From an uncultured delta proteobacterium (GTDB lineage: Bacteria; Desulfobacterota; Binatia; UBA9968): a DNA stretch of 64,000 nt. Positions 40,367 through 49,803 of this stretch are shown piece by piece. The DNA lies in contig CAWJZV010000034.1 of the NCBI GenBank assembly GCA_963847445.1, positions 353,393-417,392 on the forward strand, written 5' to 3'. A program made the translations under genes and the position numbers. Position 1 is the stretch's first letter. Every line of letters begins with the position of its first letter. Under the pieces are notes generated by a model. That model was not told the DNA's origin. It saw only the letters and a list, made by a program, of their open reading frames with translations, and ran no database searches.

Positions 40367-41419
40367 ATGCCACGCCCCCGGGCCAATAAAGCCCTCACTA
40401 AAACCCAAGCGCGCAAGAAGCAGCATCTGGAAATTTGCCTCGACACCGCCAGCGTTAGCAGCCATTCCAGCACCGGGCTCGACCGCTATCGTTTCATTCA
40501 CAACGCTTTGCCTGAACTGGATCTCGACGAGATCGAGGTGGCGACGACGTTCCTCGGTCAGAAACTCAAAGCGCCGATCTTGATTTCGTCCATGACCGGC
40601 GGTTTCGATCTGGCGCGCAAGGTCAATCGCAATCTCGCCGCGGCGGCGCAGGAACTCGGCATCGCCATGGGGGTCGGTTCTCAGCGGGTCGCCATCGAAG
40701 AATCGTCCGCTGCCGAATCGTTTCAAGTGCGCGATGTCGCGCCGGACATTCTATTGCTTGGCAACCTGGGCGCGGTGCAGTTGAATTATGGCTACACCAT
40801 CGAGCAGTGCCGGCGCGCTGTTGCGATGATCGGCGCCGACGCTTTGATTTTGCATTTAAATGTTTTGCAGGAAGCGCTGCAGCCCGAGGGCAACCGCAAC
40901 TTTAAGGGACTGGCGGAAAAGATCGCCGCGGTTTGCCGCGAGCTGAAAGTCCCGGTGGTCGTCAAAGAAGTCGGCAACGGTATTTCCGTCGAGGTTGCCA
41001 AGCGATTACATAGCGCCGGCGTTGCCGCCATCGATGTCGCCGGCAAAGGCGGCACCGCCTGGTCCGCCGTTGAAGCCCAGCGCGCGACCCAACAAGGCAA
41101 ACCCTACAGCACAACTTTCACCGACTGGGGTATACCCACCGAAGAAGCGTTGGTCGGTGTACGTGCCGCGTTGCCGGAGATTCAGTTAATCGCTTCGGGC
41201 GGCATTCGCAGCGGACTCGATGTTGCCAAGAGCATCGCGCTGGGCGCGGACATAGCGGCTTTCGGCCAGCCGTTGCTGGCGGCGGCATTAGAGTCGCCGC
41301 AACGAGTCGTCGAATATATTTCTACTATCATCCATGAGTTAAAAGTCAGCATGCTCTGCTCTGGGGCGCGCGATCTTACAGCGCTTCGAAAGGCCCACTT
41401 GGTACGGCAGTCTCCTTAG
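40367..41419 (+). CDS. fni: Type 2 isopentenyl-diphosphate delta-isomerase (FMN-dependent)
   Basis: RKKQHL, HNALPE, ISSMTGG, GVGSQR, HLNVLQE, KEVGNG, GGT, WGIPT and SGGIRSG. Confidence 0.96.
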   Translation: MPRPRANKALTKTQARKKQHLEICLDTASVSSHSSTGLDRYRFIHNALPELDLDEIEVATTFLGQKLKAPILISSMTGGFDLARKVNRNLAAAAQELGIAMGVGSQRVAIEESSAAESFQVRDVAPDILLLGNLGAVQLNYGYTIEQCRRAVAMIGADALILHLNVLQEALQPEGNRNFKGLAEKIAAVCRELKVPVVVKEVGNGISVEVAKRLHSAGVAAIDVAGKGGTAWSAVEAQRATQQGKPYSTTFTDWGIPTEEALVGVRAALPEIQLIASGGIRSGLDVAKSIALGADIAAFGQPLLAAALESPQRVVEYISTIIHELKVSMLCSGARDLTALRKAHLVRQSP

Positions 41420-41492
41420 GCCGATTCGCGCTTGTTCGTAGTCATCGTTGCTCACGATTTCAGCTCCCCGTTTTTTTTCACTGGTTGATTTC

Positions 41493-41536
41493 ACCGGTGG
41501 ATTTGCCCCGCTGTGGGTGAAATCCACCGGTTTGTT
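41493..41536 (+). terminator. Strong hairpin, probable terminator after fni
   Basis: ACCGGTGGATTT (41493-41504) and AAATCCACCGGT (41520-41531) form a perfect 12-bp inverted repeat followed by TTGTTT. Confidence 0.7.
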
Positions 41537-41669
41537 TGCCCGACAAAAGCTAGCCCAATTCACTCTTGGCGCGGCGTATTGGGTTAGGTGATTGTTAAGC
41601 CTCGTTACTTATAGATTAATTCTCCCATGGTTCAGTCTCACCATCGGCTGTCGTAAGTTTAAGATTCAG

Positions 41670-41685
41670 TGGCATAGCGATTGCT
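41670..41685 (+). promoter_or_regulatory. Sigma54 (-24/-12) promoter upstream of the glycosyltransferase cluster
   Basis: TGGCAT-AGCGA-TTGCT (GG-N10-GC) in an AT-rich intergenic region ~170 nt before the ATG. Confidence 0.7.
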
Positions 41686-41855
41686 CAATTCTATCTACAG
41701 AAGCGTACGCGGAACCTGCGCTAATACTAAATAAAAACTGAATAGTGATAAATTCTCAGCGATAGAGCAGTACGGTGGGGGGTGGTCCGACAAACGCACT
41801 GGCACAGCAAATTAACTCGCGGCGAAAAATTAATTAGAACTCTCCGGAGGCAACA

Positions 41856-43099
41856 ATGAAAAGACTGCTGGCATATTCGCATGACACTTATGGCTTGGGG
41901 AACATCCGGCGCATGCTGGCGGTCTGCAATCACCTGGTCGATGCGATCCCCGATTTGTCGATCTTGCTGATTTCCGGATCGCCGATGGTACATAGTTTTC
42001 GTATCAAGAGCGGTATCGATTACATCAAGCTGCCATGCCTGTCGCGCACCAAGGCCGACGGCTATGCGGCAAAGAGCATCGGTGTCGATCTCAAAGAAAC
42101 CGTCGATCTCCGTTCCGACTTGATCTTGCAGACCGCCAGCCGGTTTAAACCGGATGTGCTCCTGGTCGATAAAAAACCTTACGGCGTCGAGCATGAGTTG
42201 CGTGACACGCTCAATTACCTACACACCAATCTGCCAGACACAAAGCTGGCATTGTTGCTGCGCGACGTGCTCGACAGCGCCGAGGCGACCACCGCGGTGT
42301 GGAAGAAAAACCGCTATTACGAAGCGGTTCGCAAGTTTTACGACCTGGCGCTAGTGGTCGGTTTGCAAGAGGTATTCGATCTCAGCAAAGAGTATCGCTT
42401 TCCCTGTTCGACTAAAGACAAAGTACGATTCTGTGGTTACATCGGCCAGCACGACAAGCCGCAGCACCGAACCGAGCTGCGCCGTGAATTCAATCTTAAA
42501 ACCGAAAAGCTCGTGTTGGTCACCGTTGGTGGCGGCGAGGATGGTTACTGATCTCTTAAAGAACTACCTTTGCGGCCTAAACCCGTGCGGGAGCGCGCAA
42601 GCATTCGACAGCCTGATCGTTTGCGGTCCCGAGATGGCACCGCAGCGGCGTGCCGATATTGGGCAAATCGCCGCGGGCCGGGCTCATGTCCAAGTACGCG
42701 AGTTTGTTAATGACATGCTCGGCTACATAGACGCCGCCGATGTGGTGGTTTCCATGGGCGGTTACAACACGATTTGCGAGCTCCTATCGTTGCACAAACA
42801 TGCGGTGATCGTGCCCCGCGCCAAACCGGTGGAAGAGCAATGGATTCGCGCTGAACGCATGGCCAACCTCGGTTTGTTTAGAGTCATTCATCCCGATTTT
42901 GTTACGCCGGCTAACTTGCGCGGTGCCGTTGCCGAGCTCATCGGTGTCAATGGCAAGCAGTCGCTGCCGCCGTCGTTGGATCTCGCTGCGTTGCCGCATA
43001 TTGCCGGCCACATCGCGCGCCTCTTGAGCGACGCGTCCGGCACGACTACAGGTGAGGGCACCGCTGCGCGAGATGGCACGAGAACGGTACTTCGCATGA
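41856..43099 (+). CDS. Predicted glycosyltransferase (COG4671-like, GT-B fold); frameshift at ~42550
   Basis: YSHDTYGLGNIRR, VDKKPYG, LRDVLD and VTVGGGEDG, then VSMGGYNTICE and EQWIRAE in the next frame. Confidence 0.8.
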
Positions 43100-44393
43100 A
43101 CGCGCCGAGAGCGGGGAAGCGCATTGCGTATCTAGTCAAGACGTTTCCGAAGATCTCCGAGACGTTTATCCTGCGCGAAATCCTGGCGTTGCAAGATCAA
43201 GACGTCGATCTACAGATTTACGCGCTGCGACACCCCGAAGAGAGCAAAAGCCACTCGATCGATAGCGAAGTACGGGCGCCGGTCAGCTATCTTCCTCGGT
43301 CATTTGCCGAGAAAGCAGCGAGCATGCTGTGGGCGCAATTGTTATTGCTGCTTTGCCGTCCGGCTGCCTATCTGCACGCGATGGTTTTTCTCGTGGGCCG
43401 GGCGGAATCGGGGCGCTATCAAATTTTCTTCAGGCCACCTATCTGGCGCTGGCGTTGCTGAGGGCCAAGGTCGCGCATCTGCACGCTCACTTCATCAATG
43501 AGCCCGCCGGGGTCGCCGAACTCGTGCATTTGTTAACCGGTATTCCCTACAGTGTCACCGCCCATGCCAAGACATCTATCTGTCGCCCAGCGGAGCTGGT
43601 TCGTAAAATGGCCAAGGCCAAATTCATTGTCACTTGTAACGATTACAATCGGCGCTATCTCACACCAGATGGGCGCCGATGTGCCGATATCAAGATCTAT
43701 CACGGTCTCGATGCACGGCTTTTTCAGGCCGATGCCGCGGTTTATCCAAGCGCTGAGGCGTCACTAGTGCTGAGCGTCGGTAGACTGCGTCCGAAGAAGG
43801 GTTTCCATTGTTTAGTCGACGCCTGCGGTTTGCTGAAGATCGGCGGCCACGAATTCCGCTGCATGATCGCCGGCTACGGACCTTTGCGTGGGGAGCTGGA
43901 GACGCGCATCGCCAAGCTCGGTCTGGAGGATACGGTTTCGCTAACCGATATGCTCACGCAAGGGGAAGTGATCGCGCTGTATAAACAGGCATCGCTATTC
44001 GTTTTACCATGCCGGATCACCGCCGACGGCGATCGCGATGGCATTCCCAATGTTCTAGCCGAGGCGATGGCGATGGAACTGCCGGTGGTGTCGACGAATA
44101 TTGCCGGCATTCCGGAGTTAGTCGAACATAATCGCACTGGCATACTCGTCCGGCCGGAAGATCCTGTGGAGCTTGCGGCGGCGATCGCCCGACTGCTCGA
44201 TCAGCCGCAGCTGCGCGAAGAGTTGGGCAAGGCCGGGCGCGAAAGAGTTTGCCAAATGTTCGCCGCGGAGAAACGCGGCGCAGCTAAATCCTGGTTCGTC
44301 GGCGCGCCGCCGGCTGCGGTCGACCCCATGGCCGCGCTGCCGGCGGGCGGAAACGCCAACCACGGAATTATCGATCTGATGTCTGGAGTCTAA
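43096..44393 (+). CDS. Glycosyltransferase family 4 (WcaL-like), frameshifted
   Basis: AYLVKTFPKISETFILREI, HLHAHF, SVGRLRPKKG and DRDGIPNVLAEAMAM. Confidence 0.85.
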
Positions 44394-44397
44394 GGCG

Positions 44398-45110
44398 ATG
44401 CAGGAGCGGCTCGAAATAGCGTATATCATGAAGGGATTTCCCCGGCTCTCCGAGGTCTCATTTCCAATGAAGTCCAATTGCTGGAGAGCCTGGGGTTGCG
44501 CCTGCATATATTCGCCCTGCGAAGCTTGTCGGAAAAAAAGTTCACGCCCAGGTAGATCGAATTCCAAGCACGGGTAAGTTATCTGCCGAAGATCCGTCGC
44601 CGCCGAGGCGCCCTTCGGCGTTTGGTTGCGGCACAATTTTTTCAAGCTAATCGACGGCCATGGCATGCTCCTAAAGCGCCGAACGATGGCCTATCTCAAC
44701 GACCTTTTCGGTGCTGTGCAGTTCAGCGTGAAATACCGGCCGCAGTTCTGGTGTCTGAAAAGGTCATTCTATAAAGATTTTCTCCGCGCCGGTGGATATC
44801 GCCGCGCGGGTGCTCGATGCTCAAAGCATCGGCCACCTACATGGTCACTTTTGCCATGGTTCGGCAACTATCACGATGTGGGTGAGCCATCTGACCGGTA
44901 TCCCGTTTAGTTTCACGGCTCATGCCAAAGATATTTATTTGCCGAGCTCAATCCCGGAGATTTGCTGCCCAAAAAAATCCGCCAAGCTGAATTTGTCGCC
45001 ACCTGCACCGATGCCAATCGGATTCATCTGCAGCGGCTCTGCCCGGAAGCGCGCTCAATCCAAACCGTCTATCATGGTTTATCGACGGCGTTTACGCCGG
45101 CGCGTCCGTG
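44398..45110 (+). pseudogene. Second GT4 glycosyltransferase, N-terminal fragment with many frameshifts
   Basis: MQERLEIAYIMKGFPRLSE, HLHGHFCHGSAT, FSFTAHAKDIY and VYHG; ends abruptly at an A-rich tract. Confidence 0.7.
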
Positions 45111-45147
45111 CTCGGAGAAAAAAACATAATAAAATAAAACAAAATAA

Positions 45148-45960
45148 ATGAGTATAGTCCACCACTATCATCATCTGGTGCTCAAGAATTATTTGTGGGT
45201 GCGCCGGCTTGCCAAGCTGAATCATATCGCCTGCCTGCGCGATGGACGATCTGATGCGCAAGGCGTTGGAATTCGCGGTTTACGTGCACCGGCCGGACGG
45301 TGCGATTCCCTCGCTCAGCGACGGCGATAGTCGAAGTTTTCTCATCTGTTGGCGCAGGGCCATGAACTGTACTGTGATGAGGCGATGCTCTATGTCGCCT
45401 CCGGCGGCCAAAGGGTTCAGCACCAGCGCAGCGCTCGAAAGGATTCGCCGATGGCGGTTACACATTCTTCGCAGCGGCTGGGGTGACGGCACCGAAGCTT
45501 ACCAAGACGAGCGCTATCTGATTTTCGACTGTGGTCCGCTCGGCGCGGCAATCGCGCATTCGATCTGTTAGTTTTGAGATGGCGGTATGGCCGCTCGTTA
45601 ATCGTCGATCCCGGCCGTTACACCTATGACGAGTCCGGCGAGGAAAATTGGCGCGTGCGTTTTCGCGGCACGGATATCACAATACCGTGCAGGTCGATGG
45701 GCTCAATCAGACGCGTTACGAATTTAAGAATACCAGTCGAATCACCGGACCGAGCCGGCGTGGCAGCTGTGCGAGTGGCAGAACGGCGCCGGCTACGATT
45801 ATCTACGCGGCCTGGCGCGCACCACGAGTATGACGCGGTGCATGAGCGGCGGATTTTTTCTGCGCGCGGAGTATTGGATTGTGTCGGATCTGTTGCGCGC
45901 GCCGGGCTGCATGTTTACGACTGCGTTTTCATCTTGGCGCGACGCAACGATCGGGTGTTG
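45148..45960 (+). pseudogene. Heparinase II/III-like (alginate lyase family) internal fragment
   Basis: YHHLVL, PDGAIPSLSDGD, ILRSGWG, FDCGPLG, IVDPGRYTY and HNTVQVDG across frames. Confidence 0.7.
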
Positions 45961-45974
45961 AGGCCGCGTCTTGT

Positions 45975-46220
45975 GGCCGCGGCCTTGTTTCGACCAAAGT
46001 CGGCGGCTGTGAAGATTTGCTTGACGAGAGCCAAAACGGGTTTTTCATCAAAAGAGATCTCGCTGATATTCGACGACGTATTGTTCAATTGGAGGCGGAT
46101 CGCCCGTTGGTCAAACGGTTAGGCGAAAACGCTCGGCGGAAAATTCTCGAACAATACTCCTGGGCAATCCGGGTGCAAGACTGGTTGAAATTTATCGAAG
46201 CGAACCTGCCGGCGGTTTGA
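45975..46220 (+). pseudogene. GT4 glycosyltransferase C-terminal fragment
   Basis: VSTKVGGCEDLL...NGFFI...LGENARRKILEQYSW. Confidence 0.6.
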
Positions 46221-47375
46221 GTGAATGGCATGTTAATTATCGGCACAGCAAAAATTGCCAATGCGACGGTCGGTCATATCGACCACGCGATGGCCTATTT
46301 GAGTGGCTTGCAGCGGCTGGGCCATGAAGTCTATTTGATGGAGCATGTCGGCGCCAATCGCTGCGTCGATTCACAGGGGCAAAAAGTACCTTTCGAAAGT
46401 TGGCAGGGGCGATGCCATTTCGAACAGGTGGCAAAAGCCTATGATATCTGGCCACGCTGTTGCCTGGTCTACAAGGGCGGCGAGGCGACCTACGGCATGC
46501 CGTTTTCCGACGCGGTCAAAGTCGCGCAGCGCTGCGATTTGCTTTTCACTCGCAGCGGAGAGATCGACAAAGCCCCGGAGATATTCCAAAACGCGCGGCA
46601 GCGCGCCTACTTCGACGGCAACCCCGGCAGCACACAGGTCTCCTACCAGCAGTGCGGCTCCTACGAGGCACTGGATCAGTACGACCACCTTTTTACCCTC
46701 GGCCTCAATATCGGCGCGCCGTCATGCCCTATTCCCACACGGAGGCGCCGCTGGCACGCGATGGTCCGCCCGGTGTTTCTGCCGATGTGGCCCCGGTGCA
46801 GCGATCTCGACCGTCAGTGCTTCACAACTATTTCCACTTGGAAAGGACGAGGGACTTTCGCATGGCAAGGCAGTCAGTCGGGTGAGAAGTCCGACAATTG
46901 GCTCAAGTTCCTCGATCTGCCCAAGCGCGTCGCACAGCGAATGGAAGTCGCGTTGAAAATGGAAACTGCCGATCAACAGGCCGATCGCGCCTTGTTTGAA
47001 GAAAACGGTTGGCGCCTCACCGAGCCGACAGAGCTGCGCTATTTCGACGATTACCGGAACTACATCAGACAATCCCGCGGCGAGTTCAGCGTTGCTCATA
47101 ATCGCTATGTCGAATTTTCCACCGGCTGGTTCAGCGACCGCAGCGCCTGCTATTTGGCCTCCAGTCGGCCGGTGTTGGTGCAGTCAACCGGCATCGAAAA
47201 GCACCTGCCGACCGGCAAAGGGTTGCTGACCTTTAGCACGATGGAGGAGGCGGTCGCCGGCATTGAGGCGATCAACCGGGATTACCCGGCCCATTGTCAG
47301 GCGGCGCGAGAGATTGCTGAAGAGTTTTTCGATTCCGACAAAGTGCTGACCAAGGTGCTGAGTCAGATGGGTTAG
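46221..47375 (+). CDS. Putative GT-B glycosyltransferase-like conserved protein
   Basis: YLSGLQRLGHEVY and YRNYIRQSRGEFSVA...GWFSDRSACYLASSRPVLVQSTG...AREIAEEFFDS. Confidence 0.65.
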   Translation: MNGMLIIGTAKIANATVGHIDHAMAYLSGLQRLGHEVYLMEHVGANRCVDSQGQKVPFESWQGRCHFEQVAKAYDIWPRCCLVYKGGEATYGMPFSDAVKVAQRCDLLFTRSGEIDKAPEIFQNARQRAYFDGNPGSTQVSYQQCGSYEALDQYDHLFTLGLNIGAPSCPIPTRRRRWHAMVRPVFLPMWPRCSDLDRQCFTTISTWKGRGTFAWQGSQSGEKSDNWLKFLDLPKRVAQRMEVALKMETADQQADRALFEENGWRLTEPTELRYFDDYRNYIRQSRGEFSVAHNRYVEFSTGWFSDRSACYLASSRPVLVQSTGIEKHLPTGKGLLTFSTMEEAVAGIEAINRDYPAHCQAAREIAEEFFDSDKVLTKVLSQMG

Positions 47376-47965
47376 TGTTGATCATGAATCTCCACCTAGA
47401 AACTGCGGCACCCGAGACCCCGGCGGGTTTTTTGAAAGGCGATAGGTCGACACGGACGTTTGACAGGTTCACAGACCCCGAGGCGATGCGTGAAATATTC
47501 CAAGCGCGACTGCCAGGGTTTCCCGGCGGCAATCTAGTGGCGACTCGCTGTGACATTCTTTTCACCCGATACAAGACTTTTGTGCGGCCGGAGTCGCGGC
47601 ACAATTCGTCCATAGCCTTATGTTATGAGCTCGTGGTCGGTGATCGCGCGGGGCATTTGTTAGGAAGCCAGCTCTTTTACGCCAAAGCCTTTGTCGATGG
47701 TCGAAGCGCGCAGGATTACTCGGCTGCGCCGGGCTATCGGTTAGTAGCGCCACGGTTTGGCGACCCGCTGATGCATTGGGCGGATCTCGACATGGTCCTT
47801 TGGGCTTTTCCCAACGATCCGGCACTGCCGCATTTGGCTGGCGTTATGAACGCCAAAGGCGTGCGGCCTTTTCTTCCCGATGGTTCACTCGCTCCAGGTA
47901 ACGCTGGCGTCTACGATCGCGCGGATGTCGCAGTCGAGGTGATTCACTATTATCCAGAGGAGCGC
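47375..47965 (+). pseudogene. Hypothetical protein N-terminus (AFPNDPALP, possibly phosphotransferase-associated), truncated
   Basis: Coding-like ORF with WAFPNDPALPHL and HYYPEERC; switches abruptly into a glycosyltransferase sequence. Confidence 0.45.
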
Positions 47966-49800
47966 TGCCGCTTGAGTCCGACGAGAACTTCAAAGAGATT
48001 CGCAGCACCGATGGCTCGCGCAGTCTGGCAGAAATCAAAAGCGCCCGCGTGCGCTGCTTGCTCGATGGCTACGAACGCTTGCAGCCGGATATTTTAGTCA
48101 TCGAGCTGTTTCCGTTCGGGCGCAAACAGTTTGCCTTCGAGTTGGTGCCGCTCTTGGCGCGTATCCGGCTCGCCGGCGGCAAGACCAAGGTGGTATGCAG
48201 CCTGCGCGATATTCTGGTCAGTCGCAAGGATCAAGCGCGCCATGAGGCGCGGGTTTGCGATCTGCTCAATCGCTACTTCGATGCGCTGTTAGTTCACGCC
48301 GATCCTCAATTGCAGCGCTTGGAAGAGACGTTTTTTAGTTTATCGGAATTGAAAACGGCGATCCACTACACGGGTTATGTTTCGCAGCCGATCTCAACGA
48401 TGGCCGAATCGAGTGACGACCCATCGGTTCAACTTGGCATTTCATCAATAGTGCCGGCAATCTTGGTCAGCATCGGCGGTGGCCGGGTGGGCTCTGAGCT
48501 TTTGCAATCGGCGATCAGAGCCAGTTCGGAGCTAGCCGCGGTTCAACCACATCGCATGTTGGTGTTCACTGGGCCATACTTGCCGGATGAACAGTTCGCG
48601 GCTTTGCAGGAGCTGGCCGCGAGCCGGCCGGCGGTGATGCTGGAGCGCTATACGGCTCAGTTCGTTTCGTTGATGGCGCAGTCACAACTGTCGGTGAGCA
48701 TGGCAGGCTACAATACCTGCATGAACATTTTGACCACCGGGACGCCGGCGTTGGTTTTGCCGTTTACCGGGGGCAATAACAGCGAGCAAACCGTGCGCGC
48801 CAAGAAGCTAGCGGAACTCGGCGCGGTGACGATGCTTGGGCCGCAGGATCTTGAACCGGTCCAGCTGGCGCAAAAAATGGCGCAGGCGCTTAAGTCCCAG
48901 GCGCCCCGCGCAGTGGTGAATCTCCGCGGTGCCGAGAATGCGGCGGCGTATCTCGGCACACTCGCGGCAGGGGAAAAGACCGCGGCGTTAGTTTCGCCGT
49001 CCTGGTTGGCGACTCATGTGCCGGGCCGAGACTTGTTCCGTGCCAGTGGAGAGCGCCTGCGCGCGGTTCTCGAACAGTTGCAACACGAGGACCGGGAAAT
49101 AAATATTTTTCTGCGCGATGATGATATCGACGACGACGAAGAAACCCTGCGCCAATTACTGGACATAACTTTCGCCCGTGGTGTGCCGGTAAATCTTGAA
49201 GTGATTCCCGCGACCTTGACCGATGATGGCGTCCGGCTGCTGCGCGACTATCAAGGCTTCGATGCCAATCTGGTCGAGCTACACCAGCATGGCTGGCGCC
49301 ATGTGAATCACGAAACTGTTGGAAAAAAGAGTGAATTCGGCGGCGCGCGCGGGTTTGCCGACCAGTTGCAAGACATCGCGCGGGGCAAAGCGCGTTTGGA
49401 GGAATTGTTGGAAGAGCGCTTCTTCCCGGCTTTCACACCGCCTTGGAATCGTTGCACCGACGATACTCTGCGGGTGCTCGACCAGCTCGGCTTTCAGGTG
49501 TTTTCCGCCGACAAAAACGGCCGGCAGCGCGATGGCCAGCGCTTTCGTGAAATCTCGATTACCCTCGATCTGTTTCGCTGGAAGGGGGGCGCGGCGTTGA
49601 AAGCGCCGGCAGAAATCATCGAACAATTGACCGGTCAAGTGAGTCGCGGTGGAACCGTCGGGATACTCTTGCATCACAAGGTGATGGATGGCGCGGCGTT
49701 TTATTTTCTTGATTTTCTCCTGGCGCAGTTGCGCCAGTACTCCAATCTGAAATGGCGGACGCTTGGCGGCTTACTGCCGCAGGTTAGCGAGGGGCATTAA
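47965..49800 (+). CDS. COG4671-like glycosyltransferase fused to a polysaccharide deacetylase domain (N-terminus missing)
   Basis: IELFPFGRKQFAFEL, CSLRDIL, SIGGGRVG and SMAGYNT, then FLRDDD, HQHGWRH, FTPPWNR and GILLHH in one frame. Confidence 0.8.
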   Translation: MPLESDENFKEIRSTDGSRSLAEIKSARVRCLLDGYERLQPDILVIELFPFGRKQFAFELVPLLARIRLAGGKTKVVCSLRDILVSRKDQARHEARVCDLLNRYFDALLVHADPQLQRLEETFFSLSELKTAIHYTGYVSQPISTMAESSDDPSVQLGISSIVPAILVSIGGGRVGSELLQSAIRASSELAAVQPHRMLVFTGPYLPDEQFAALQELAASRPAVMLERYTAQFVSLMAQSQLSVSMAGYNTCMNILTTGTPALVLPFTGGNNSEQTVRAKKLAELGAVTMLGPQDLEPVQLAQKMAQALKSQAPRAVVNLRGAENAAAYLGTLAAGEKTAALVSPSWLATHVPGRDLFRASGERLRAVLEQLQHEDREINIFLRDDDIDDDEETLRQLLDITFARGVPVNLEVIPATLTDDGVRLLRDYQGFDANLVELHQHGWRHVNHETVGKKSEFGGARGFADQLQDIARGKARLEELLEERFFPAFTPPWNRCTDDTLRVLDQLGFQVFSADKNGRQRDGQRFREISITLDLFRWKGGAALKAPAEIIEQLTGQVSRGGTVGILLHHKVMDGAAFYFLDFLLAQLRQYSNLKWRTLGGLLPQVSEGH

Positions 49801-49803
49801 ACC

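Noticed and set aside
39665-40726. Long antisense ORFs (e.g. 39665-40726, 50179-51216, 54836-55684, 17901-18722)
   Set aside because: Shadows of GC-rich, well-identified + strand genes; no recognisable motifs.
42433-43461. Apparent fusion of a COG4671 GT C-terminus to a GT4 N-terminus
   Set aside because: ATGA at 43096 suggests a normal stop/start overlap hidden by an indel in an error-rich region.
45117-45148. A-rich tract as a promoter or regulatory element
   Set aside because: It sits at a junction of two truncated genes and looks like a basecalling or assembly artefact.
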